Source: Balanoglossus misakiensis
Taxonomy: Eukaryota; Animalia; Hemichordata
DNA length: 64,000 nt
NCBI GenBank assembly: GCA_040954595.2
Contig: CM082592.2
Coordinates: 10,564,731 to 10,628,730 of the forward strand
Direction of reading: 5' to 3'
The notes under the pieces were generated by a model, which saw nothing but the letters and a program-made list of their open reading frames with translations, was not told where the DNA came from and did not search any database. The position numbers and the translations under genes were made by a program. Below are positions 50,719 through 64,000 of the stretch, piece after piece (position 1 is the first letter of the stretch; the number at the start of each line of letters is the position of its first letter).

Positions 50719-53612
50719 TTTAAAGCCAAAAATTCCCTGACACAGACACAGTCGTATTTTCTAAGTCACTGGACAACTTTCCTGAAGGCAAGCGTGAGCA
50801 AGTTTCAGAACTTCGCCGCAGCCATAAAATACAGCGTGTGATAGGGTCTTTCCGAGTGTCAGTGACTGGCACGTCTGTTGAATGCTTTATTTGGTCATTT
50901 ACGCAGTCAAATGAACGGTTGTCAGAACGCTACCAACCAATAGACGATCACCATGGTATAGCATCGTTCAATATGAGGGCCTGGAGGGGTCAAAGGTTAT
51001 CCTGGTAGAAAACGTTTACCTATCTGTTGACTAGGCGTTTCGAGTGTTCTGTGGGGGTGTCGGAAACTCATTCAAGACTATGAAGTACTTTTTTCATGGT
51101 GAATTGGTTTTATACGCCCATTCACTGGTCGTGCTCTTGGGAAAAAATCCCAGTGCAATACAATGACTTTGCCCAACAATTTTTGTAGCTAAATCTCTGG
51201 TTTCTGTTTTACATCGACATACTACCTGTGAAATGGAACGAAATGAAAGCGTTGAGACTTTAAAGCGAAAGTCAACCGTTTGTAAACACAAGCTTTGGTC
51301 AGCGCTCGGGAACATTTTGGTCCCGTAGAACATATTTCAATCGAAGTGACGTCGCCAAAGCTCTGTACATGTTTGACCGGGCCATGGAATGTACACGCTG
51401 CCGGGTCTATTAAAGCAAACTTGGCAAACATCAAATGGTACTAAGTACACCATTGCATTTCAAATCCCGCGGTTGCTATTGTGTCCAAGTTGTTCGGGTT
51501 CTATAATTTATTTTCGAAAACAACCGTGTGGTCAGGTATTGTGGTCATTGTGTGAAACCAAAAGGCTGAACTAACAAAGTGTTGACGTTACTGACAATAA
51601 AAGTTATAAAACATCGCACTGGAGTTTGACAACTTCCGAAACAGGATATATTTATAAAGGTAGTTATTGTGGCCTGAAAATCGGTCGAAAGAAATAAAAT
51701 TTGATCAACAGTACAAAGCGCCGTTAAAGACCAAATCTTGCCATGTGTAAAGGTTTGACGTCTGCGGCATTCAGACTGGGCGTGTTTCAATTTCAAACTT
51801 GCGGAGTGATTTGAACTGAAGAAATATAGACTTCACTACGCGAATACTTTGTATCTGGACTACGCAACATCCCAGCTCCCAAGAGCAGACATAAAACTCA
51901 GAAAGCCCAAAGGCTGAGGTTTTGTTTCCACGTATTTTTGTTTTTCATAGAAGCAAATTATGAATTACATAATAAGAACCGTGGCACGCATGCCAAAATA
52001 ATTGTCAGGCGGGGAATTATTACACCTGAATGCAGAGACACAATGACGCATTCTTTCAACAGTCGTATGTAAACACCAAGATGCGAAACATCTCAGCCAA
52101 GTGTGTTTGTTCAAAGGGGACGCAGGTCTTTCTTAAATGCCTAATTATTTTACAAACCCAGACCCGTGATGACGACTGCTCCGGCGTGAGCTCTAACGCA
52201 CGAAATGTGAAAATAAAATAAGCACGAAATACATGTAGGTCATTGTCGAAAGAAAGTGGTTGATAACTGTTGGCAATCCGGATTGCACTCGGTGAATCTG
52301 GAAACACTTCCATAGTTCAGTAGGTCAATCAGATAAAAGGTCGCCATCTTATTACTTTCTAGTTTGAAGAACACCACCCTAGCTTCAGTTACTGGGCCAT
52401 GGTATAATTTCTATTTGGCTCCAGACACCTCACCTTTGCTCTCTAATATTTTTTGTTAATCGTAAGAATCCGACAATGCCAACATATCATTTTAAAATTT
52501 AGTAGAATGCAGCGTTCTCCATAATTTAAACGATGCTTTCCTGAGTTGAATTCTGTAAAATGTGTGAGAGAGGGAGAGACATAGACACATACAGGGAGAG
52601 AGAGAGACTTGCTGTGATACTGGCAGTTTTGGCCAATTTGAGGAGCGGCAGGCGTTGTCCCGGGATACGATCTTTGCCTGTCCGAAGATTACCATCCTCC
52701 CGAGTTTTTCGGTTCAGTGACGTCACGGATAAGACGGAAGCTATCAACTTTTATCATCGTATCAAAGAAAACCACAACACGTCCCGGTATTCAGGGACAA
52801 TTTGACAAAGACCAGTATTTTTGTAAGACCACCAGATTTAACGGCCACACAGGTAACAAGACGTCATCTCGCCAACAAGTTTTACTCGCTCCAATGCCCT
52901 ACTGTGTTATTTTCAAAGCATTCTTGTTCATTGATGCGACTGTGACTCGTTTGGGAAAAACGCCAGAACGAAGTCCTGGATTCGTTCCAGTAGGCTTGTG
53001 ACGTCAGAAACTGTAAATTACCTAGATTTTCTTGACAACGCAAACTATGATGCTGTCAACACCGGTGCCACGGACACTAGACGATGAGATCTCTCACGTG
53101 CGTAAACATTCAACTTCAGTCGACTACTTGTCGTCGGCCTTGACGTTGAGGCACGAAATTCCCCATCATCGTCATAAATCACAACTTTATTGGCACAACT
53201 GGATGTCTGCTTTTAAAATAGGTTCTTTTAATGGGCCACCAGTCTATTTATATAGTTAACCGATTCTTTATCGGAATCAAAACACCACCATTTACAGACT
53301 GGGTGAAGTTCGCTAGTGGACGACGAGCATAAGTTTGTTGACTTTTCCTCGTCGTGATGTGAGGACAACCTCGGTTATAGATCGTGTGGTGAACTTACAT
53401 GTATTATCACAGGCAACGCAGAGATTATATAAGAGAGAAACTCCCTCCCTTGCCTCACATTCGTAAGAATTCACATTTAAATCGTTGTTGCACATGAAGA
53501 TGTGAATTTCAACAACAGGTACGGAAAATCATCACAACGCCCGCCCCTTGGCCAATTTATAGAGCACATCGACCCCAACAGACATATTACCTGAAACACC
53601 TGTTGCCGATTT

Positions 53613-53696
53613 CTAACCCCTTTCACTGCTGCCCTTTGGTTCAACCCCACGTTTTTCAGTGATTACGATAGACTGATTTATCGACAAAAAGGTTAA
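53613..53696. mobile_element. degenerate copy of the TTAA-CCCT MITE family
   Basis: CTAACCCCTTTCAC ... AAAGGTTAA. Internal ttcaaccccacgttttt resembles other copies. Confidence 0.45.
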
Positions 53697-55821
53697 AACA
53701 CAGTGTCATGCTGGGGCCAATAACTCCACTCGGCACACACGAAGCTATTTAGGTAATTGTCCCATTAATACAAGATATTTTTGCCTGTCCTCATATAGGT
53801 TGCTTACACTGTAATAAACTTTACAGTACTGTTTATAATTTTGTTCCATCTAGCCTGTCAGATTTATATGTTTAATATTGGCATATGCACTGTCAACATT
53901 TACAACGTTTATCATAAGATATGCTGTGACCATCATGATGCTATTCATATTCCAAATATTACCATTGAAAACAAAACTTAAGATACCCATTTAAGATTAC
54001 TGAATTTTCGCTGCTAACCTCCCTCCCTTACTGTCCCGTTACAATAATTTGCCAAGTCACGGGGTCCTGGTCGTATATCTCATAACAATAGGGTACATCT
54101 TCGGGCATTGCAAGACCAGGTACAGCATATCCTTAGGATTAAAGTCTTATGATTCTCACCACCACCATGACACGAGATAACCAAGGTGTGCAACAATTAC
54201 ACGTCGGCAACTTTGAACTGTTTAAACTATTATGAAAGAACATGAACCCATACAGTCAATTTGTTAATAATAAGCTCCCAAAGTCAATACAGGATCAGCA
54301 CATTCCTTAAATACCTGAGGTCGGGATAATTGCTAAAGGCTGTCCCGATCATGGGACTGGTCGCTCGACAGACGCTTAGTAACGGACACCTCGCTTCAGA
54401 CGATATGATCATTGACGATTGCAAACCACTTGTCCTTGTTTGTCTTTCACGCCATTGACGAAATTGATTAAAAGCCATCCAGGTAATCATTGTGCGAGTT
54501 ATCAAACACACCCACTCGCCCTCCTAATGGGGTAAAGACTTTGACATCATTTAGGGGAAATGATTTTTGACCTAGGGTCTGTATTGGTACAAAGGTAAAT
54601 TTGGCCACAGTGGTAGCAAAAAGCCAATTTCAACCCTCACGTAATAGGCCAATTTTTGGAAGCAGACACTTTCTCCATTCCCAGATACTAAAGTCATCTT
54701 TTGAACCATAGAAAATAAATCAAATAGCTTGTTTCATAAATTATATATATATTATAAATTAGATTTCTTTTACTGGGACTAAAAAGGTGCATAAACTGTT
54801 CCATTTTTCTGGTCAGCTCCCATCAAAGTTCCATCAAGATTCCAGAAATCTCCCCAGAGGTTGTATTTTTTATTTGATGTAGGTTGTATCACAGCAAGAT
54901 ACTGGCCATTCAAGATTCAATGTCGATGAGGAAAGTGGAAAACTGGTTCCGTGTGTGTTTTATTCAGGAACGGCACTGTGGGATACAGACATCAACCACA
55001 GCCAGGTCAAAGGTCACCATGAAAACCACCCCCAGTGGTACATACGTAAACGATTTTCACTACTGGAATAGATATGTGAGAAAATGTTTCTGAAAACTTT
55101 AGTTCGGTATCACAGATTTATTAACCAGTAACTACTGACATCAATCAAAATAACTATCCAAGTTGGAAAAAAAAATCCTTTCAAAGGAATGCAGTGTCAC
55201 CAGATGTTTGACTCCGAACATATGACAGAATATTACAAAACTAAACAAAAAAGTCAATTTTTTCTAAGACTATCATGTCATTCAATCGCTAGGAAATATC
55301 CAATCATGATTATGTTGTTAGAAGAGGGAAAAAGTGCATTTTTCAAAACTTACTTAAATTTCAAACAGTGGACAATAGAGTAACCCCCACCCTGGTCTTC
55401 ACATGCCATTGGGAGACCAAACCCCAAACCCAACAAAAGATCTTGATTCCTTTCCAGCAATAAAAATAAGGTATACTTGTTGATGTTTGGTGTCCTTGGA
55501 GTCTCTCTGTATTTGTATACAGCATTAGTCAACTGCTTCTTAAATCAACATGTTGGTGTTATGTAGAAAGATTCCCCACCCACCCAGATATACACCAGTT
55601 GTCCACTTCTCTGCTAAAGGCTGCAGCGGCATCTTTCACAAAGCAGTCTGTTTTCCACAGAAACTCTTTTCATCAAATATCTTTCAAAAAGAGAGCAACA
55701 ATATCATTGCCTTGCGTCAAACATGTATTCTCAAAAACATCACACCCCTCTAGGAAAGACTTCCTAAATGAATTCAACCGATTAATTAGTTTCTGTAAAG
55801 TCTACACAATGTGCTCTGGGG

Positions 55822-58800
55822 CTACTTTGTCTTTGGCGGCTGAATACGCCTGTAAACGGTTTCTTCTCTATTTTCTTGCTTGGCCGCATAACGGGCTAAT
55901 GTGAACAATAAATCACTCAGCCTGTAAAAGAGCAGAATAAACAACAATTAGATCTCTAAAAAGCAAGGAATCACCTTAATTTCCATTTATACTGTTATTT
56001 CAACCTGGCCATTTTCTGTTTTTATTTTTTTAATCGTCTTCCTCAGTTTTCTGGTATAATGGTTCGGGAAAGTTTGGGGGGAAATGCTAATCAATCTGGA
56101 TAGATGAAAGACAGATTGGAAGATCACTAAAGAAAGTTCTGACCATTGATGGAATTTTCCAAGCTTTCATAAAACTCTTGACCACCCGTGGCTAAAAACT
56201 GTTTAAGTCCCGGAGACAAGAGAAATCGGGAATTGTGAGAATCACTGGCTCGGCAACTGGCGTGATTACTAGTTGAACACAGGGATAATTTCCACCCTGC
56301 CTGAGGAAACGGCTCCCTTTCAAATGAAAGAGCCCTTCTGTCCGTGACTGAACATGTAACACCCTACATTGTTTATATATTCAGCTGACGTGAATGATGC
56401 GGGCAATGCAGGTGTATACTCTTTGTGATCATTGTTTTTGTGGGGATTAGGTGACAGACAATGCGTCAGTACCTTTTAAAAATAAATAAGAGAAGCTCAA
56501 ATCAAAGTTGCGTGAAAGCATCTTGTAAAATAAAAGCAAGAGCCAAGACTTAGTGAAAACATTAACCATTCTGAAAGCACCACTTTGAACTACTTTAAAA
56601 TTCTTCCTTGTGTCAACATGGATGAAAGTGTATTTCTAAGATATTTTAAAATGCAGCACCTCGGAATATTTCCCACTCCCAGACTCTCATCGTACATTTG
56701 TGATAATTATCCCCTCCCTCTGCCAGACTTCCATTCAACCTCATTGATTTCACTGACAATTTACATAGATGGAACCATATACTGAGAAATGGGGGTGAAA
56801 GGGTTAAAGTGATACACACAGATTAAAATCCCAAAGTTAGAGTAAAATTGCTTTCATTAACATCATCAAAACAAGGGTGACCTTCCATTTAAATCTATTT
56901 GACTTCACCATGCATCAAAAGACACATTTGCATGCATGAGAAATGCACTGCAAAAACATATTTAAACATGTTTATTTAAGCATTTCTAAACTTAGCTGAG
57001 AGGTCTTTGAAAGAATGTTGAGACGTTGACTTCATCGAGGTACTATACAACCAAGTGACACAGACAGGCCACTGGAGTAATTTCATTCACTGAACTCCTG
57101 AAGCATAATATATGATGTGATAGGCCCACACACTGAGCGTTGCAGTTCTAGGAGTTCTAGGGTTGTTTGTATGTTTTCTGTAATATACAGTTCCACACAT
57201 TTTTATTGTAGATTGATGACTGTATTGTAGTTCTGTACCGTGAAATGCTGAGATTAATGCTAATGAAATAATTCCATGGCAGCATGGTGGAGTGGGTGAC
57301 CACACTGTAGTACAAATAAAATAACAATCCAACACCAAATTTCTGTTTTCATTGAAAATAAACCCCAGTGGAAGTAAATAAATCGTAACCCAAACCAGTC
57401 CTCATGTTGGGACAGATCCTCACCTCTCATTGACCTTCGATAGCTGTTATCAAGAACAGCTAGCAAATTGTGATAATTGGTTTCACTGGGTGCAGTATTC
57501 AGCATAAGAAATATTCCTTCAGCATTATTGTGACAAAAACATCCTTCCACTTCCCAATTAAAGGAAAGAAAGTTCTCTTTCTCTAGTCCTTTTGGGAGAA
57601 GTAGATCTCTGTCAGCCAGGAAGGCTAAACCAAACATTTCCCTGACTTAGCTGGGTCTTTGCACAACAGAGCTAACTATGCCAATGACTTTGACATTCCA
57701 TTGTGCAAGAAATTGGGTACAGCACAGAAACAAACATGAGTGAGCTATAAGAGTTTAGGTCACGGAAAGAGAGACAGGCAATCGAGGACTTGGACAGAGG
57801 CTTAGACAGACTGACGAGACCATCTGTTATCAGTAATGGTCACATTGACAAGCTATGACTCCACTGATGTGTGTATATCATGATAGAGGCACCAGTCATT
57901 GACAGGCCTCGCGAACACACACAGTGTTGTAGCTGTCATGTAAGGCCAAGGACATATTTATTTGCCAGCACTTGAGAGTGGCTCATCAGTCATTCTTTTC
58001 TATTTGACCACTTGTCCTAACTATTCTACGGTACTTGGTTGGGGAGTGAAGTGATTTCACAAGTTTTCTCGTCACGACAAATTTACTCGGCACAAAACAT
58101 GTCATGGCCAACAAGTACTATATCAATAGTATGCATTTTTTTGACCAGAATGGCATTTGGTGGTTTCCTTAAATTCAGGTGTCGAAAGAGAACAAATGTT
58201 CTTATTAAAATTCACATAAATGCTGCTGAAAACACATATTTTGTCATTTTCATTTCATTATTGACTGAAACTAGTTCAGACTGCTAAATCTCACCAGGTC
58301 TTGTGAGAAAATTGGCACTTGCATTCAACAAGACTCAAGGCAATTCTTGCAAAAAGGTCAGTAACCGCACACAGTAATATTGGTAACACAGGGAAGAAAG
58401 CAAACCATGAAATGCATTCCTTTGTGGACACAGTTGATCAGTTGCCAGTAATTATCTAAAATAAACCTTATAAAAACCACACATTAAAAGTTTAATTACA
58501 ATAATATCAATGATAGGGTCATTATAGTGTAATAAAATTAATCAGGACATCAGCTAATTGATTCAACTGTTGCTAATTAAATTAAATCTACTGTCTGGTT
58601 GGCTTGTGACTGCTGGGGATTTAGGCAGTGGTTCAGATAACAGAGTGTAGTGTTACGGTTATGTCAACATCCAAATATCTGAGGGTGGTATCATAGGTGA
58701 CAGCATGCCCATAATCACTCAACAATGACTATTTAAAGCACTGATAACATCTTCTGGTTTGAGATGAGTGACTTTCATGTGATTCTTGCAATGGTACAGA

Positions 58801-61800
58801 ACAATCTCTCAGCTGTGTCTGAAGATTTGAAGCAAGGAGTAGTATCCTGTGTCAACTTTGCTGTTGAAAAGTCTTTATTCATTCAGGGATGTGATTTCTT
58901 TCATTTGTTCATCAATGCTACTGACTAGAATACCTTGGAATGATAAAAAGTATGCAAGTATGTTGCCATGAGTGCCCTAAATGTGTTGACATGATGGGTT
59001 TGATATGTGCAAATAATATGAGTGGAATAGTCTGAATTGCATAGTTGTAGGAGAAAGGCATAGTTGTGGGAAAGAGCCCAAACAGATTGGATGTTTCAAG
59101 CATACTCAAGAGATGGGTGTGTCATTCAGACAGGCAATGTGATAAGAGTTGTTCATAATGCATTTAGACCGAGAAGACAGAATCATCACACAGTTATCTT
59201 ACATGTCAGGGGGGCCATGATGCTTAACTTTATGTGCTGGGTTTGGTCAAAAGTGGGAGAGACATTAAAAAGTAATCACTGTCTATGAATGTACATGGAA
59301 GGATGCCAGAAAACAGTGAGAAAATTGGACGTTTTCATTCCGTTTGTACAAAAGGATCATAGAGAAGTGAAAGCTTGTAATCACTGGATCATAGGTTGTA
59401 ATCTCCAGAAGTTTCATGATTCCCTTCATCATGAAAACAGTAAAAAACTTGTGATATGTAAAACCCACCACCATGAGTTTAATGGCACTTGTGCGATTGT
59501 GATCCTGAAAATACTGGCAACACAACATTCACAGTAATCATTTACTACTGTGCGACTGACCCATTCCCCATCCATTCAATGCATTGGTGATAGTGATAGG
59601 GTTGGTTGGGGAGATAACACATGACTGCCTCCAGCAAACGATCATCACAGGCAGAAATTTAGAGCTCTGGGTGACACAGTAATAATACATCACTGATTTG
59701 GTTGTGGTCACGATGTTTGGTAGCTAGCTTACAGAAGTGTTAGCTACCAAACACCAAGACCACAACTGATAAACAGATACAGATAGTGATACTAGTAAAA
59801 TATATTTAAATGTATATGGTCAGCTATGCAAATTTGATCAAGTTACCATGGAAAATGCAGATCTAACCAATCACAGATTTTCACTTGGGTGGCCTCACCA
59901 AAAAGTATGCCACTACATTGTCATTAGAGATTTTCACATGGGTGCATATAAGTACAGAACAGAAATTCTTTAAAATTGGCCAAAAGTTACAGCTGGTGGA
60001 CCTTTAAGTTTTTCACTTCTCAATATTAAACCGTACTTTAGCCCACATCCATGTTGTTTTCAAATCTGAGGTTGGATTATACAGATAGAGGAAAAGGGGG
60101 TGAGAAAGGGTTAACCACTGTTTGGTGATACTTGCCTGTTTAGATACTTGACAACCTCATTATCAACCTGTTCATCCCGGGCTAATGGAATAACTCTGTA
60201 AGAAAACATTGCAAAGATATTAAACTACCACAATACATGTAAGATTAAGTGTCTCGTGGTTAAAACAGGATGCATTCCTGTTTGTCTCTTGTACATGTAC
60301 CGGTAAGCTAAACCATATGTTTCTATTTTAAGTTTTCTTCTGTTAGCCATTTTTAACTCAGTCTTAAAATAAGTGAATCTCAGGGCAGTCAGTCACCTCT
60401 AAAATGAACAGAGATTTTTATGAATAGGACAGTTTTCTCTTTAACTGTATCATTCAATTCCCAAATCATCATGGATAACATAACAAAGAAATTAACTGCT
60501 TAATCAAGACTTTGCCCCCAAATATAGAGGTGTTAGAACATGAAAATAAAAAGAACTGAACTAACAAATATGTGTGAATTTGCACAAGTTAGTCAAAATT
60601 GGACTCGGTTGACTACCCCATTGAATGAAGGAATTTCACTGGTTATGTGCAAGGTTTACGAATCTATGACCAAAGAGTGGGTGTATGTGTAAGATCACAT
60701 CAGTTCAAAGAATTCATGTAACATATGTGTGTAACAGTAAATATAAAAGTTGAATGAAACACACATGTATTTTACTACCGGTAATTTTGTCTCTGGTATG
60801 TTGAAGTACAGAAGCTCGATACAAATATACCGGTATATTTCTCAATGCCCTTGAGGCTAAAAAAAGAACATAAATTGCCTGTTGGTACTGGTGACACCTC
60901 CAGAAACCCAGTGTTCTGATACATGTATGATGGATGACCACACCCCTCAAATTCCTTCAACCGGTATTGCTGGATATACTTCATGATCATTCAGTTCATA
61001 TGAGGAATGCATTTTTGGCCTGACTTGTGATCAACTCTGCCATACACCGTATCCTTTAATATCCCCATGGCTTTCTAAACAAATCTCATAAATAGTACAG
61101 AATACATATGGTTCCTGTTGTCTCTTGTCAATCAAGACAGAAAAAGAATCTTTCCAAGGTGACAAAAATTCTGAAAATGCACAGGTCTTGGTTTGTCAGT
61201 TGTCGGTATGAGAGGAAAGTCATGTGACTTGAGGTGATATAAATTACTCCGACGTAATACTGACACAACGGTTACTGAACTGCCATTCCTTTAATCACCT
61301 ACACACGGCCAATATGAAGATACTTGCATGCCGCTTCAAACTCTAGCGAAAATCTCACGCAAGGTATTCCAACTATTGCATAACGCATGCATGTAGGAAA
61401 ATGTTTACAGGGAATCCAACCCACAGGTTCAGGATGCCAGGAACCTTATTGCACCTAACTCTGTTTGGTTGTCCTGAAGTGACCACAAAATGTGGTGATT
61501 CAAACCAACTGGTTTTTTGTAGTGTCAGTGTTTGGAAGGTTTGTGGTTAAAAGATTTCATTTGCAAAGGACTTCAGTATATTCCTTCATTCGGTGATCAC
61601 ACTGATCAAGTACTTCAATTGTTCTAGCATTTAAGCAATTAATCCCTTACAATTATAGACCCACTGATGCTCTGTTCAATAGACTGGATTTTAACTCCTT
61701 TTATATTCTCATCCTACAAACCTGTAGCCTCACCTAAGCATTCAACTATTTATAGCCTGCCACTTATGGATACTGAAGGAAATGTATGGCTCCCATGCCT

Positions 61801-62950
61801 ATGGAGTTGGTGAGAGACGCAACTTTTCGGTTCATGCAAACTGCTCACTGCCAGTCAACCAATCACAAACAAACTCCCACTTTGCTTTGCTTACAATTCG
61901 ATAGGAGAACACAAGGAAAAATAAACACCAAAGTTTAAGTATCTTCTGCGGCAATGACAAATCACCAAGTCATTTGACATATTTCCCTCCTCATTACTGC
62001 TCAATTCCACTCCAAACGCCAAACAAAGACAGAGCTGCTATCAAAAAAACGCAGACCCTGTGTCGCTATGTTGCAGACATGAACGAGTATGCCATGATTA
62101 TTGGTTCTGTACTTCACAGTAGGATGAAATAATTTCAAAAAAATTTCACTGTCCAATTTGACCCCTATGGTACTTCTGAATAAAGTCTACACACCGAGCA
62201 TTCTTCAGCTAAAACTGATGAAGTTTCCAGACCTCATCATGATATATTGCTGTACTAAAGGACTGTGACAGCCAGATAATTATTTTACTCCCTGCCATTG
62301 ATGCGACAGATTTCAAAGAATTTATGCTCTGTACTCCTAAAATCTTTTCGGTATTTCCACACAAACTAACGCACTTTCTGTGATCTGTACTGGCTTATCA
62401 CAATAGGCCAAACTAGGAATTCAACTGAACAGTGGTGCAAACAAAACCACATGTGAAGGAACTCATGTATTTTATTGTGATATAAACCAGAGAAAATTGC
62501 AATTGTCACAGATGTACCGAGTAAATCCTACAAGAATGTTTTGAGGAGGATTTTGAGAGATCATTTCTGTTTTATTGGTCTGTGGAGTACTTCAATAGTC
62601 ATTTTTATAGAGAAAGATTGGGTAATATCGGAAGTATCGTACTCGATTTATGAGGAAAATAAAACTATCTTAGCCATAAAATTCAGTCCCTGACAGAACA
62701 AATACTGGTTTTATCATCCTTTAACAGTCAGACTTCACTGAAGGCTCATACTGTTTTTAGAGAAAAACTAAATGATTTTTCCTTTAAAATGAATTTAAGC
62801 TCTTCACATGTGTAGAAAAAGAATAATGAATAAAACATGGATGTCAACCATGCTGTGAGTGTCTAGGACATCTTGAATATCTCACCTTCTCTCAGCTCTT
62901 CTACAAACTGATCTTGCAAGGTGTAACGTGGCACTGGTCTTTCCGCCAGA
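55822..62950 (-). CDS. MMAB: ATP:cob(I)alamin adenosyltransferase, last three exons (62950-62886, 60195-60136, 55921-55822); upstream exons probably lie beyond the window
   Basis: Spliced translation [74 protein letters not shown] matches human [26 protein letters not shown]...[17 protein letters not shown]. Confidence 0.92.
56707..56807. mobile_element. MITE family copy in the last MMAB intron
   Basis: Right end GGGGGTGAAAGGGTTAA is identical to the 7523 copy. Degenerate left end TTATCCCCTCCC. Confidence 0.55.
59701..59766. repeat. 26-bp imperfect inverted repeat (hairpin) in an MMAB intron
   Basis: GTTGTGGTCACGATGTTTGGTAGCTA-14 nt-TAGCTACCAAACACCAAGACCACAAC, 23 of 26 Watson-Crick pairs. 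Confidence 0.85.
60038..60114. mobile_element. degenerate MITE family copy next to the MMAB GC donor
   Basis: Right end GGGGGTGAGAAAGGGTTAA; left end uncertain. Confidence 0.4.
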
Positions 62951-64000
62951 CTGAAAATCAAAAAATGAGTTAATACACTCACTAATAGTTACAAATAAGC
63001 ATGTATTGATAGCATCCAAATGAAGATTTTGTCTGGCCTAGTGACTCCAAGATTTCATTCCAGAGGAAAGACTATTATTTATTGAATTCTGAGTTCGGTC
63101 ATTCCCACAGGGACAAGAGAATGAGATGTTTACAAACTGATATTCCCAGCTCTTTTAGCTTAGAGTAAAACAAATATTTTGTTGTTTCAACTGCCCTACA
63201 AAGTCGGTAACATTCTGTTAGCATGGCTACAGTGTTAGTTTCAATACTGGGCAAATGTAACCAAATCTTCTGTTGGCAGCAATGTCAGAATTCCCAATTC
63301 CCGGCAAATCAGCTCTAATTACTTCCAGTGCCATGTATCTGTTTCGTTCTAGAGTCTGGGAGATCTGTATTGAAAGTCTCTGACATTCCAGCCATGTGTG
63401 TTTTGGCCCCAGGAAAAAGCATAGTGTTCACTGACATGTATGATACATGAACACTAATGGGGTGATATGATTTACAATTTGGCTGATGTCTACAACATGG
63501 CATTATAGAATGATTTCAAGGTGACCCTGAAATCTACTTTCAGAGATGTTACAGTTACCTTATGAAAATTCCAGTGTACAGTGTATATAACCAAAGCATA
63601 CCGGTACATAAACTACTACCAGATGCTCTGTAAACTCCTTCACACATTTCATTAGTTTCCATTGTCAAATGGTGTTAAACATCGGAAACGTATCTCATAA
63701 ACTTTCCCTTTCTTCCAGTAAACAAATAGATCACACCAAAACACAGGCAGCGAGTTTTGCTGTGTTCGGAAATGAAATGATGGTTACTGACAAGGCAATC
63801 ATTTGAACGTATATGGTACGCCTTACAAAGTGTTCTTTTGCATTTATTTTGACTGTTGGGTGCATGAGAAAGGGCACTGAGTAAGGGAACAGAATGCTGA
63901 AATAACACTCAGAAATATTGTGGGTTGAATACCACAAATTGTGGTATGTACCAGATTCTCTGTTTAGAAAATAACCACAACTGAAATTGTTCAAAGCAGG

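Noticed and set aside
58690-59540. Possible decayed transposase fragment (SLLSDYGHAVTYD on the minus strand) and short ORFs in the MMAB intron
   Set aside because: Multiple stops and only a vague motif resemblance; needs tBLASTx against Repbase.
61049-61057. U12-type 5' splice-site match GTATCCTTT on the plus strand
   Set aside because: Antisense to MMAB with no associated exon or branch point; probably chance.
62166-62950. Alternative reading LAERPVPRYTLQDQFVEELRE spliced to AEECSVCRLYSEVP*
   Set aside because: The other frame of the 65-nt exon gives the clear MMAB motif [10 protein letters not shown] and joins the exon at 60195.

Overview
Gene-dense, AT-rich, intron-containing eukaryotic DNA from an invertebrate animal (plausibly a non-vertebrate deuterostome; this is inference). 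Gene order, assembled by hand from GT-AG exons: the 5' end of an unidentified minus-strand gene; an intronless ApaH-like (ALPH/Ppn2-type) metallophosphoesterase; GLE1; a GH56 hyaluronidase; a convergent pair of rolling stone-like membrane protein paralogs; NUDT6; CDK2AP1; a second, chimeric CDK2AP1 paralog; MTRFR (C12orf65); MPHOSPH9; clathrin heavy chain; SBSPON; and the last three exons of MMAB, which are absent from the ORF track and include a GC-AG intron. The most striking item is the chimeric gene at 19667-21751. It joins an extended THAP zinc finger, a 9x5-aa KDES repeat with SUMO-consensus sites and three CtBP-type PxDL motifs to a duplicated CDK2AP1/DOC-1 (NuRD subunit) domain, making it a candidate sequence-specific NuRD/CtBP recruiter. 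It lies inside a CDK2AP1-MTRFR-MPHOSPH9 block with the same order and orientation as human 12q24.31. A family of ~80-100 bp TTAA-flanked piggyBac-like MITEs and several hairpins are also present. All family calls come from recognising motifs; no database search was run.
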